Assembly: GCF_006345805.1 (NCBI RefSeq)
Contig: NW_021835809.1
Coordinates: forward strand, 1 to 38,375
Length of the DNA stretch: 38,375 nt
Origin: Octopus sinensis
Lineage: Eukaryota
Direction of reading: 5' to 3'
Both the position numbers and the translations under genes were made by a program. Every line of letters begins with the position of its first letter. Positions within the stretch are counted from its first letter, which is position 1. The notes below the pieces were generated by a model. The model was not told the origin of the DNA and made no database searches. It saw nothing but the letters and a program-made list of their open reading frames with translations. This document shows, piece by piece, positions 25,338-37,799 of the stretch.

Positions 25338-25669
25338 GAGTGAGAGAGCAGTGCATGCCATCAAAGTGACAAACCAGTATACCCTTCATGACCACCCGTC
25401 TGATAAGGGTACACTAGGCACATGCATCACAAACATATGAGCGCAACATGGTGATCTCATATCAAGATAAACAGCACATGACCTTGCAGGTGGGATCCCA
25501 GATAGAATTTTCTTCTGGTCGAGTAACCCACCATGCTCAAAAGGTCCCTAAAAAAGGGTTCTTTAAGGATGTTGAACGAACAACCCATGTTTCCAAACGT
25601 GAATTATTCAAACCCCACTCTTTCCTTCTTTTGAATTGACATTTAACATGGCAAATCTTAATGAAATAA

Positions 25670-26205
<536 letters not shown>

Positions 26206-26514
26206 TTCAAGAAATCGGAAAAAGCCAATAGAAATGCCTCCATGACGATGGGAAGACGTTTTATTTAAAATGATTTGGGCCAAGATAGAAAAGAAGGCCG
26301 CAATCAAGAAAGAATTCGAAGCGCATTGTGACAAACGGTGTATAACAACAACCGTTAGTCTGATCGATACAGGTGACACACACACACACACACACATACA
26401 GACAGATTTGTATATGAGTACACACACATAGATGCGGAATTAGCAGCAAAATTATAGGCATTTGAGAATGTCTTTTATAATGTTTTATAATATTTGTTCC
26501 GCATCTTTAAAGCA

Positions 26515-26990
26515 ATGCGCTGACAGAGTCGTTAGCACGCCTGGCATGATGCTTAGCAGCATTCAATCCATCTTTCCGTTCTGGGTTCAAATTCCGCCGA
26601 GGTCGACTCTGCTCTTCAGCCTTTCAGAGTTGATAAAATAAGTATCAAGTACCCCCACCCCGACCGGCTCCCGTGCTGGTGGCACGTAAAAAGCACTATC
26701 CGAACGTGGTCGATGCCAGTATCGCCTGACTGGCTTCCGTGCCGGTGGCACGTAAAAAGCACCCACTATATTCTCGGAGTGGTTGGCATTAGGAAGGGCA
26801 TCCAGCTGTAGAAACCTTGCCAGATCAAATTGGAGGCTGGTGCAGCCTCCTGGCTTGCCAGTCCTCAGTCAAATCGTCCAACCCATTCCAGCATGGAAAA
26901 CAGACCTTAAACGATGATGATGATGAGCAGTGGGGTCGATGTAATCTACTAAACTCTTCCCCCAAAAGTTCTTGGCCTTGTGCCAAAATG
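26515..26990 (+). mobile_element. SINE family A interrupted by a second element (~26651-26925) with gtgctggtggcacgtaaaaagcac units and (GAT)n tail
   Basis: Family A core breaks after aagtatcaagt and resumes at gagcagtggggtcgatgtaatc; insert carries ggttggcattaggaagggcatccagctgtagaaac (V-SINE-like segment). Confidence 0.75.
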
Positions 26991-27107
26991 GGGGACCGTA
27001 TGTTTTTCCATCTCTCAGCATCTGAATTTGCTTTCTCTCAGTGATCAGGCCAGGAAAAGGAGGGGCTGCACCAGTTTTAAAATACCCAAGACAATCCCTA
27101 TGTTACG

Positions 27108-27490
27108 ACCTACAACAACGTAGTTTCAGGTTCAATTCTACTGTACGCAACACTTAGTAAGTGTCTTCCCCTTCTGCAATAGTTAACCAAACACTTGTGA
27201 GGGAAACTGATAGATGGAAGGTTAAAAAAGCTCATTGCGTGCGTGTTGTATGTGTTTCTATGTGCATACATTTATGTGTATGTGCTTCTGTGTGTATGTA
27301 TGTGTGTGTATGTGTGTGTGTGTGTGTGCCTCTGTTTGTCAGCCGCTCCTTTACAGCCGGTTTGGGTTGTTTACATCACCATAAACTGGCGGTTTTGTTA
27401 AAAGAACGAAACCGATAGAGTAAGTACAAGACTTCAAGGCAGTGCTCCAGCATGGCCGTAGTCCAATGACTGAAGCAAGTAAAAAGCAAA
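27108..27490 (+). mobile_element. Diverged SINE family B
   Basis: ggttcaattcta..aagtgtctt, internal (TG)n, tail accgatagagtaagtac..gtgctccagcatggccg..tgactgaagcaagtaaaa. Confidence 0.75.
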
Positions 27491-27957
27491 AGGTATACTA
27501 ACAATAAAAAAACTAACTACGAGAAAGGAACATATTAGATGAGATCGGCGGAATGGTCATGGCCAGAACACATTTGGTCATAAGTCTCTTTGATCTAGAC
27601 CAATCTGAGATTAAACAACGACAGTTAAAGAAAAATATAGCAACAAGCAAATGGAACGCAAAATGTTGAAATTAAACATCTTTTATTTCATCAGATCTTA
27701 AAACGAAGCCGGCGAAACTTTGCAGGTCTTCGTCCCCGCTTATTTTATATATGCGGAGAGAAAAAAGACAATAAAACAGCATTAGCACGTTTTTTTTTAA
27801 CTTGGTATTTCATTTACTGAAGTTTTAGGGGTCACAGGAATTTCTCTCACAATGTTCAGTTCTGGAAGAAGAAACATAATTTTCGTTAAGATTAATTGGC
27901 GCATTCCTGTACTCGAGAAAACCCGCCCACCACAACAGAATTGAGATCCTAAAAACA

Positions 27958-28280
27958 AGGTGCCAAGTAAAAAGCATTCGTATGGGTGCTGGTGCCACGT
28001 GAAATACCCTGGTGATGGTACCACGTAAAAGCACTGGTGCTGGCGCAACGTAAAAAGCACTGGTGATGGTGTCACGCAAAAAGCACTGGTGCTGGCGTCA
28101 CGTAAAAAGCATCCAATACACATTGTAGAATGGTTGGCGTTAGGAAGAGCATCCAGCCATAGAAACCAGAAACCAACACAAAACAGACTACGGAACCTTG
28201 CGCGCCCCCTAGCCTTGTCAGTTCCTGTGAAGCCCTCCAACCCACGTCAGACAGAAAACGGACGTTAAATGTTGATGTGA
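27958..28280 (+). mobile_element. SINE-like element with about five tandem ~26-bp ggtgctggtgccacgtaaaaagcact units
   Basis: Tandem units at ~27984-28111, then ggttggcgttaggaagagcatccagcc and gaaaacggacgttaaatgttgatg tail; related to 26651-26925 and 30360-30870. Confidence 0.8.
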
Positions 28281-28922
28281 TAAGACCTTTCGCTGCGGAC
28301 GCATGTATTACTGCGTCTTTTCGCTTCCTCATCTACGAAAACCAAATCTGTCTCTGCTATCTCAGGATTGTGCAAGTATGCTCGCCACTGGTCGCTGTAA
28401 ATCGTTGTTCCCAGCACAATCGATTATCGCACCCAGCAATTAAAAACAAAATTAAACTGCTAAGAGGAGGAGTACCCTTTCCAGCTATGTACCTTTTCTC
28501 ACGGACACAGACACGCGGCATTTTCTTTGCTACAACGTCAGTATATGTTGCCATGACAAGAAATGGTTACGACATACGATATATCGGCAATAGAAGCTTC
28601 CGATTCGCTAAAATTATTTAATTTTAAATTCTTCATTATTAATTTCTAGGAAATAATGAATGCGATTTTCGTCATCATCAAGCAAAACTATATCAGTGTA
28701 GAAAATTTGAAATATTTCAAGTAGCTGGAAGAAATTTAACTAGATCTGGGTTCAGCCCCACTGCGTGGCACCTTGGGTATGTGTCTTCCATTATAACCAC
28801 GAGCATACGATAGTAGAAAAATCTGCCTCAACAATTCCGTGTGGCCCAAGCAAGCGTGGAAAAATGAACGTTAAAGCGATGATGATGATGATCTGTGTTT
28901 GTGTGTGTCTATAGATAGATAG

Positions 28923-28961
<39 letters not shown>

Positions 28962-29222
28962 GACGGGGAGGTGGAGGAGACAGGAGGTAAAATGATTTGT
29001 GAGAGCGCGAAGAAGTTTATTCCCCTCCCCCTCCTCCAGTCTGCTCTGATAGAGCAAATATGATCAGGTACGTTCCCTTCATGAACCTCCTGTCATTTTT
29101 TTTATGTCATATTGTTCGTTGTACTCTTCGTTTTCTTCTCCCATTTTTCTTATTTAGATTATTGGATGGGATTCGTGCAAAACTAGGCCATATTTTGTTG
29201 CCAGATAAACTATAGCCTAGGG

Positions 29223-29677
29223 CATTGTTACGCAAAGCGGAGCAGTGTAGTAAACAACTTATCAGCTTATGTAATATTGTATTATTTCTTTACAAAATAA
29301 GTATAAGATAAAAAAGATCGACAAAATATTTTCGTCGCTTTGAGACCGTGATCTGACAAGATTCCGTGCTGTATCTCAGAATTTTGTTAGGTCGCGGTCT
29401 CGAAGCAACGAAAATATTTTGACAAATCAAATTTAAATGTTGAATGAATCTAACGATATTTTGTGTTTTTAAATGGCTTATAAACACCTTCCAAGCTGCA
29501 ATTGTTTTTGTTTCAGCACACCATCTCAGATCAGGTCACTTGCTATGCAAGTACATCTCCGTAATTATATATATTGTTTCCGATATAAATTAATATTAGT
29601 AAGAAATATTACCGGTCCCTGACACATTGAAAAAAAAAACTGCCGGTACGCTACATCAGATAGTTTGAGAAGCACTG
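29223..29677. mobile_element. hAT MITE with perfect 8-bp TSD, containing a 100-bp hairpin
   Basis: TSD gcctaggg at 29215-29222 and 29678-29685; right TIR tttgagaagcactg, decayed left TIR cattgttacgcaaa. Confidence 0.8.
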
Positions 29678-29825
29678 GCCTAGGGAGCTTTCAGAATGGC
29701 ACACCTGAATGTAAAATTACTTGGTATTTGTTTTTAGGAGTTCAGTCTGCCTGAGAGTGAATCATATCTATCGTGGCCCGCTTCTCGAAAAAGATTGCCG
29801 TGTTTGTTCTAGAGACTCCATAAGT

Positions 29826-30270
29826 AGGAGAAGTTCAGAGAGCTGCTAACTTTGTGGGTAACAAAGGGCCTCTTTCTCAGAGTGAGAAGCAGATTGTATG
29901 ACGTCTGTGTACGAGCAGCTATGTCACATGGTAGTGAAACATGGGCTGTGAATACTCAGGACATTCGAAGGCTTGAAAGAAAAGAAGCCAGCATGTTCTG
30001 TTGGATGGGTAATGTCAGTGTATGTGAACGACAGAGTGTAGACGATTTAAGAGAAAAATTGGGTATAAGAGGCATCAGTTGTGTATAGAAGACAGAAGAC
30101 TATGCTGGTATGGCCATGTGATGCGTGTGGATGAGGACAGCATAAAGAAGTGCTGATCTCTAATTATAGACGGAACCTGTGGAAGGGGTAAATGCAGGAA
30201 GACGTGGGACGGAATTGTGAGAAATGATCTTTAGTTGCTGTACTTGAGAAGACACGTCAAGCTAAGTAAA
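29826..30270 (+). mobile_element. RTE-clade LINE 3' fragment, decayed
   Basis: KGLFLRVRSRLYDVCVRAAMSHGSETWAV..RRLERKEASM, RRLCWYGHVMRVDED, GTCGRGKCRKTWDGIV. Confidence 0.85.
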
Positions 30271-30438
30271 ATCATAGCCATCCATGCACACAAGCATGTC
30301 CTTTACGGCTATGTTCCCAACTCCATCTCTCAGCCGAGATGTTCTTGTCTTGCGGGCTCGCGGGTGCTGGTGCCACGTAAAAAAGCACCCGTTTCGGTAT
30401 TACGTAAAAAGCTCCCTTGCCAGTGCCAGGTTACAATG

Positions 30439-30675
30439 GTTAATAAGGCGGCGAGCTGGCAGAAACGTTAGCACGGCGGGTGAAATGCTTAGCGGTATTT
30501 CGTCTGCCGCTACGTTCTGAGTTCAAATTCCGCCGAGGTCGACTTTGCCTTTCATCCTTTCGGGGTCGATTAAATAAGTACCAGTTATGCACTGGGGTCG
30601 ATATAATCGACTTAATCCGTTTGTCTGTCCTTGTTTGTCCCTTCTGTGTTTAGCCCCTTGTGGGTAGCAAAGAAA
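30439..30675 (+). mobile_element. SINE family A monomer with 12-bp TSD, nested in an older element (~30360-30870)
   Basis: TSD caggttacaatg at 30427-30438 and 30676-30687; close match to units of the 13928 trimer. Confidence 0.92.
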
Positions 30676-30901
30676 CAGGTTACAATGCACGTAGAAAGCA
30701 CCTGTGCCTGTGCCACGTAAAAAAAAAGTACCAGTACACTCTACAAAGTGGTTAACGTTATGAAGAGAAACCATGCCAAAACAGACAATCGGAGCTTGAG
30801 CAGCCCTGCGGTCAGCCCGCTCGTGTTAAGCAGTCCAACCAATGCCAGTTAAATGATGATGATGATGATGACAGCGATGGGGATGATGATGATATACTCA
30901 C

Positions 30902-31038
30902 CGGCTTTTAGATGAATGCGCGCCTGAATACTGTAGTCTCCGACACGAGACACACAAGTGTAATTTCCCATATCTGAAGACAGGATTTGATTGTAGTCCA
31001 AATTGGAGACTGTAATGTTGACAGACACGGCGCTTATC
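30902..31038 (-). CDS. Coding exon: C-terminal half of an immunoglobulin domain (ISAVSVNITVSNLDYNQILSSDMGNYTCVSRVGDYSIQARIHLKA)
   Basis: Acceptor tttcgtttgcag, donor G|gtgagt, DxGxYxC Ig motif; phase 2 start matches the upstream exon, phase 1 end. Confidence 0.85.
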
Positions 31039-31606
31039 CTGCAAACGAAATGCACGTCTTTTATCAGAAAAGAATCTCTAAGAAATGAAGTGAAAAGAAA
31101 AAAAACACATACGTACATTCATATACACACATTTATAAATATGCATGCATTCGTTATTAGCGATGGAAGCAGTTTTATTTCAAACCAGCATCCTGTATAT
31201 CTAACTTAACGTTCATATACCATAGAAAGTCATAAAACTGGTATTCGTCTCGAGACAACATCTCGTGTAGACTTTTGAGCCTTTTAGCAATCTACTTCTA
31301 TAGAAGATGCTTTGTCAAGACGGAGACTGCAGTTGTGTGTCTCCCTGTAGTATATCCATTTAAGTGAGGCATTCAAACGCACACAGTCTTGTGTGTGTGT
31401 GTGCATTATATGCCTATATATATATATACACACACATACACCCATCGTATACAGATAGATAGACAGATGGATAGATAGATAGATGGATGGATAGATAGAT
31501 AGGCAAAGGGTTGAAACAAAATTTCATATCGTTCTTTACTGCTGATAGTAATAACACAATATAATAATACCTTATCGAGTATTCATTTTGAATATTTACT
31601 CATTTA

Positions 31607-31639
<33 letters not shown>

Positions 31640-31719
31640 ATTATGAAAAATGAAATTTCAATACATTTTTTGTATATGGTTACTGCATGAATAGCTTATT
31701 TCTACTGCTTTGAATGCAG

Positions 31720-32470
31720 AAATAGACGAAAACGGATACATTTAGGTCGTTTGATTCTGTTATTTCCGGTAAAGTAAAAAACAAACCCTGTCCTTTAGTC
31801 GTCGATGGTAATCAAATCAAAATGCTAGTTAAAAATAATCCCAGTCATTATCAGACAACGTAGAGATACTCCATATATTTCATGAGCGTTAATAAGGCGT
31901 TGAAAAATACTCGGATGCGTGAATCGTGATGACGTTTGGGTGCCTCGGAATTTAACGAAAAAAAAAATTGATAGATTGCTCATCCATCTGCGAATCTCTG
32001 ACCGAATACAATAAAAACGCTCCATTTGTGCAAAGAATGATCATGGGTGTGAAAAGTGGATTATTTGTAACAATGTAGAGCGAAAATAGATCCTGGAGAA
32101 AAGAAAATGAATTACCATTAATCTCTCCAAAAACTTGTCAGTATCCGTAGAAAATGACACTGAATCTGGTACGATTATATGGGTATGGTATATTACGAGC
32201 TCATCCGCAAAATCAGATGTTGAATTCAGACAGTCACTATCCCTAACATGACCGATGAAAAACGTCCATAATTGGCCAATTCGAAGGGTGTCGTCTTCCT
32301 TTAGAACAGCGCAAGGCCTCATGTTTCCTTGCAGACACGGTAGAAATTGTTAAAGTTTGGTTGAGATGTCTTGTCATACCTAGTGTACTCATACCTAGTG
32401 TACTTGCACCTTCAGATTACCATCTATTTTGATCCCTACGAAATTTACTTAATGTGAAGAACTTCGATTA
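31720..32470 (+). mobile_element. Highly decayed mariner transposase
   Basis: DVWVPRNLT, SICESL..N...PF..RMI, EKWII.NNVERK, KRP.LAN, ARPHVS, LAPSDYHLF; many stops; 15-bp tandem duplication at ~32375. Confidence 0.8.
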
Positions 32471-32666
32471 TTTGCAAGGCCATTTAAACCGGTTCATGAC
32501 ACAATTCTGGGAGGATGGGATCAAAGACAATGAAATGTGGAACAAAGGGGGACATATGACTAAAAGTATATACAAATCTCTAAATATTGTTTTTGATTTT
32601 ACTTAGAAAACTGTAAGCATGTACACGCACACGCACACACACATACACACGCGCACACACACAAGG

Positions 32667-32709
<43 letters not shown>

Positions 32710-32899
32710 GAGATAGAGAGAGAGAGAGAGGGGGGGGAGAGAGAGAGATAGCAAAGCTTCGATATGTCTAACTTTGCCACACGGAAGAGGTGACTTGAAC
32801 CAGTATGAAAATGCTGAAAATTACACAAGTAAAAACATTTCAAGACCTCAGTACCATTAAACATGTTGCAGGGTTTCACCATAAAATATTGTTCCAGAT

Positions 32900-33220
32900 A
32901 TGGCTGTGCCATCAAGGAACTTGCTTTGCAGCCACAGTGTTTCGGATAGCCCCTTGGCCAAATGCCACCCAATCCCTTGTAAATGAATTTAGAATTTTGT
33001 AGAAGCCTGTCATGTTTGTGTGTGTGTGTGTGTGTGTGTGTTTGTGTTCACAACCAATGTGTGCTTGTTTATGTCTCCACAACTTAGTGAATCGGCATTA
33101 GAAGCCGATTCACTAATTACCAGATTGAAAAATATGTACTGGCGCTAATTTGTTCGACCAAATCCTTTAAGATTGTGCTCCAGCATGGCTGCAGTTCAGT
33201 GACAGAAACAAGTAAAAAAC
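32900..33220 (+). mobile_element. Diverged SINE family B
   Basis: tggctgtg..cttgcttt head, (TG)n, gtgctccagcatggctgcag..gaaacaagtaaaa tail. Confidence 0.65.
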
Positions 33221-33397
33221 AAAATATGTCTTATATCATAGGTTCCAGCTCAACATGACGATATGTTGCTAGCTGCACCAGTTGCTCTCATTGACTTACA
33301 CTCACTAACTTCTAACATGTGGTGATAACGTGTCATTGAATCACTAAACATGTTCTAATATGTTTATTGTGCATACATAAATATTAATACATATCTA

Positions 33398-33922
33398 ACT
33401 GGCAGAAACGTTAGCACGCCGGGCGAAATGCTTAGCGGTATTTCGTCTGCCACTACGTTCTGAGTTCAAATTCAAGTACCAGTTACGCACTGGGGTCGAT
33501 ATAATCGACTTAATCCGTGTGTCTGTCCTTGTTTGTCCTCTCTGTGTTTAGCCCCTTGTGGGTAGTAAAGAAATAGGTATTTCGTCCGCCGCTACGTTCT
33601 AAGTTCAAATTCCGCCGGGGTCGACTTTGCCTTCCATTCTTTCGGGGTCGATTAAATAAGTACCAGTTACGCACTGGGGTCGATGTAATCGACTTAATCC
33701 GTTTATCTGTCCTCGTTTGTTCCCTCTGTGTCTAGCCCCTTGTGGGCAGTAAAGAAATAGGTATTTCGTCTGTCTTTACGTTCTGAGTTAAAATTCCTTC
33801 GAGGTTGACTTTGCCTTTCATCCTTTCGGGGTCGATAAATTAAGTATCAATTATGGGGTCGATCTAATCGACTGGCTCCCTCCTCAAGAATTTCGGGCCT
33901 TGTGCCTAAAGTAGAAAAGAAT
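33398..33922 (+). mobile_element. SINE family A tandem trimer; third unit has an alternative tail
   Basis: Three gtatttcgtc..ttctgagttcaaattc units joined at aaagaaata|ggtatttc; unit 1 has an internal deletion; ends aatttcgggccttgtgcctaaagtagaaaagaat. Confidence 0.88.
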
Positions 33923-34474
33923 CGGCTCCTTTGTGTTAATCTGCAGTTTGACAGATCTTGGTTTCCAGGTTACAGAATATCAAGCAAAAAAATAAAATTG
34001 TATACAGAGATACGCACGCGCGCTCTCTCTCTCTTTCTCTCCCACTCACTCACACAACACACACACACACACACCTTTTTCGTATCCGGGCCATGTCAGG
34101 TGGGAGTTCTGCTAGTACATTGGGTCCCAGAGAAGTAATAGGAAAGAGGCCAAGAAAATTGAAATTTGAGAAAGGTTTTTCTCCCTCCCCGTCCCAGTAG
34201 AGCATGAAAACAGTCTTCGCAAAATGTTTCAAGGAGACTCTTTTCTTTCAGAACCTGATACAGCTCACCGACTAGCCAGCTCTAGCTAAACCCTCCAGGC
34301 CATACTAGTATTGAAAGCCGATGTTAAATGATGATGATAAAAGCAGTGGATGTAATTTTGAAGTAGCCATTCAACACTACCAAACAGAAGAGCTGTTCCT
34401 AATAAGAAAGGACCGGTGTTTACCGACACAATTAAGCGGTATGCCGGTCCTGAATAATCAAATACAATATGTAC

Positions 34475-34661
34475 CTTACAGATTCTTGATGGAGATAGAT
34501 TCCATCTGAGTTTCTCCAGGCTACAGAATAAGCAGAAAGTTTGCATGTCTGAGGAACTGCGCAAGTTATTGTACCCGAGCTTCCAACTCGAACAAAGATA
34601 TCGCCGATCTTTGGGCTGATGACCAACTGACACTCACTTGGAGCATTCTCGGCCTGGAAAC
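34475..34661 (-). CDS. Coding exon: N-terminal half of an immunoglobulin domain (FQAENAPSECQLVISPKIGDIFVRVGSSGTITCAVPQTCKLSAYSVAWRNSDGIYLHQESV)
   Basis: Long polypyrimidine acceptor ending ttttcttcag, donor AAG|gtacat; B-strand Cys (GTITC) and C-strand Trp (VAWR); phase 1 start, phase 2 end. Confidence 0.85.
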
Positions 34662-34835
34662 CTGAAGAAAACGAAAGAAGAATAAAGAAGAAAAATACAC
34701 TTACATAACACACAAAAATACATTTCATTGATTGATTGATTACTTTGATAAACTTTTAATGAGCTAACTTAGTTATAAGTTGGTTTTGTTAAAATTGTAA
34801 AATACCAAATTAAATGTTGTGAATTATTCATAGTC

Positions 34836-35060
34836 GCAAATGTGGCTGTGTGGCTGGAAGTTTGTTTCCCAGCCACGTGGTTTCAAATTTAGTCCCATTG
34901 TGAGACACTTTGGGCAAGTATGTTCTATAATAGCTTCGGGTCGAGCCAAGCCTTGTGAGTAAATTTAATGAACGGGAACTGAAAGAAGCCCGTCCTATAT
35001 ATATATCAGTGTGTCTGTGTTTGTCTCCCTGCCCCACCGCTTGACCCTGCCCTTTGTGTT
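34836..35060 (+). mobile_element. SINE family B, 5' half
   Basis: gtggctgtgtgg..ttcccagccacgtggtttc..gtcccattgtg..aagccttgtgagt..actgaaagaagcccgtc. Confidence 0.8.
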
Positions 35061-35937
35061 TTTACGTCAACATCTGTTTCTCTTTCCATTAATCATACCT
35101 TCCAAACCGATCTTGCTGACGCTACAGACCATTCGTTTAGAGTCCCCAAGCAGAATGAGTACTTTATTTTTGGTGGCAGAGGTGATTGGAGGTAATTTGG
35201 TTATTTGTCTCAGAGCTTCAATTCTGGCATGTTCTCTGAATTCGTCTCCCTCAGACACAAACACTCTTCAAAACACTCTTCAAAAGAGATGCGAACCAAG
35301 AATCGGACCCTGGCAGTCTTTAATAAGAAGAAAATTGCACTTCAAAAATTATACTTCTCATAAAATCTAGTATCTTTGTTCTGCCAGTAGTCTTATATAG
35401 GCTAAAATGAGTCAACTGGACTTCTGTTGCACTACAGAAACTGGAAGTCCTGCAGCGTCATGTAATGGGACTTATTACTGACAACAAAATCTCAGACCAT
35501 GTCAGAATTGGCTAAAATTAATAACTTTAAATGCCTGTAATTTCTTTATTATTAATTCCTTGAAGAAAATAATCTAGTGAAAATTTGAAAACCTTCAGGT
35601 GGTTGGAAGAAATTTAATAAGATCTTGCCTTGGTTCAACAGACGCCCAAGAGAGGAGAGAAGACGCGAAAAGTTCTGATGGATAAGTATATGGAGGATCC
35701 TGGATAGTCTATCACTCAACTTCGGGAATGAAAGCTATACAAATGACCGGACTGGACACCACTCCATAGTAACAAAATTCACAACCACTCCGTCGGGAGA
35801 AAGATCCTAATGCCTAATAATGCTTAGGATTCAAAAGCCTACAACTCTTCAATACCGTAACTAAAAGTTTCTGAGATCTGCGAGGAGTAGATATGAAAGA
35901 AAAAGCAAATTTCTATTTGATATACTAGATGAATCTA

Positions 35938-37216
35938 TCAGGTCATACCATGAGTTCTGTCCGAATTTTGAATAAAGAAATCAAGTGATCAAATGTTATA
36001 TTTAATTGAAATCTAATCATCAATGTACTTTCCCTGATTATCTATGACTACCTTCCATCTGTTTACAAGCTTTTTGATACCATCAGTGTAAAACACTTTT
36101 GGTTTCAAACTCTGAAATGTCAGTTTCGACCTCCTCCTGCCTTGCGAAAGTTATGTCCCCCAAATGATTCTGTTAACTACCAAACAAATGGTAGTCTGAA
36201 GGAGCAAGGTAGGAAGAATAAGGTAGATGAGGAATTTTTTCCCAACCAAGCTCTTCGATCTTCTGTGATGTAATCTTTGCAGTGTAGGGTCGCGCATTGC
36301 TCTGATGAAACATCCCTCCTTTTCGATTCACTAAAGCCGGTCTTTTTTTCTTCAAAGCTTGGTTCAAACGCTATAATTGCTGACAGTAGACTTGAGCATT
36401 AATTGTTGCATTAGGTGGTAATAATTCAAAGTGAATTACTCCTTTGCAAACCCACCAGATACAGAGAAGACCCTTTTCCTCATGGAGTTCCCCTCTCGGT
36501 TGTGGTTGGGCTTTTTCCCTTTTACCAAGCACTGTTTACGACGTTTAACATTTCGATAGAAGATCCATTTTTCGTCACCAGTCACAAGTCTATCTAAAAA
36601 GGGTGAAATGAGTTCGCGAGAATGGAGAGAAGAGCAGATGTCAACTCGGGATTTGCGGTTGCTTTCGGACAATTCATGAGGCACCCATTTTCCAAGTTTA
36701 GGGACCTTTCCAAGTTGTTGAAGATGACGATGAACAGTTGTATGGTTTGAACTAAGCTTTATTGCCAATTCTTCAACTGATAATGCAGGGTTTTCTTCAA
36801 GTAATGCCTCAAGGAGCTTATTATCAAACTCAACTGGACCTCCTGTTCGATCTTCATCTTCAAGGCTGAAATCTAAACTTCTGAATTTTGCAAATCATCT
36901 TCTGCAAGTTCTTTCATTCAAGCATTCTTTCCCATAAACTGAGTGTATGTTTCGAGTCGCTTCGGCTGCAGTGTTTCTTTTTTTCGTACTCATAAAGCAT
37001 TATGTGCCTCAAATGCTCTGTGGATAATTTCATGTTAGAAAGGGTTTTAATCAAAGAAGTTTTAATTCTATTATTCTGTAAAATAATATTTAATTAGTTT
37101 AAATGTACAGAAATGCATAAAAATAATTTTTAATTCCATTAGACATTCTAAAATACTATTAAATTTCATTCAATTTTAAAAAGGTAAAATCGGACAGAAC
37201 TTATGGGATGACCTGA
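35938..37216 (-). mobile_element. Full-length (1279 bp) mariner transposon with pseudogenised transposase (~37033 to ~36012)
   Basis: TIRs tcaggtcataccatgagttctgtccga / tcggacagaacttatgggatgacctga; TA duplication at 35936-35937 and 37217-37218; motifs WVPHEL, VTGDEKW, HQSNARP, YSSYLAPSDYHLF; stops and frameshifts. Confidence 0.95.
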
Positions 37217-37378
37217 TATATCTCGGTCAGATGTACGCTCAGGTAGAGCAGCTCTGTCATCTTCACCACTTCAGCAGGACCCTTTCAGAAGACAACACCG
37301 TGAAGTGAGTTAAAAAATAAACAAGAATTAGCACTAATGACGGTTATTGCCTCCTGCTAAAATCGATACAAGAATAAC

Positions 37379-37480
37379 AGGCGTGGCTGTGTGGTAAGAA
37401 GCTTGCTTCTCAACTACATGGTTCCAGATTCAGCCCCACTGCGTGGCCTACTATAAATCTCGAACCGACCCCAGCCCTCT

Positions 37481-37549
<69 letters not shown>

Positions 37550-37764
37550 GTTGTGTGTGTGTGTGTACATATATTTATGTGTGTACATGTTTGTTTCTGA
37601 GTTTATCCCCCCGCCATCGCTTAACAGCCGATGTTAGTATGTTTGTGCCCCCGAACCTTAGCAGTTCGGTACAAACAATAAGTCCTGGGTGTCGATTTGT
37701 TCGACTAAATGCGGTGCTCCAGCATGGCCTCAGTCAACTGTCTGAAACGTATAAAGAGAATGAA

Positions 37765-37765
<1 letters not shown>
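37379..37765 (+). mobile_element. SINE family B with internal (TA)n
   Basis: ggcgtggctgtgtggtaagaagcttgcttc head and gtcctgggtgtcgatttgttcgactaaa..gtgctccagcatggcc tail. Confidence 0.85.

Positions 37766-37799
<34 letters not shown>

Noticed and set aside
35410-35930. Possible LINE remnant or additional exon
   Set aside because: No recognisable motif or consistent splice sites.
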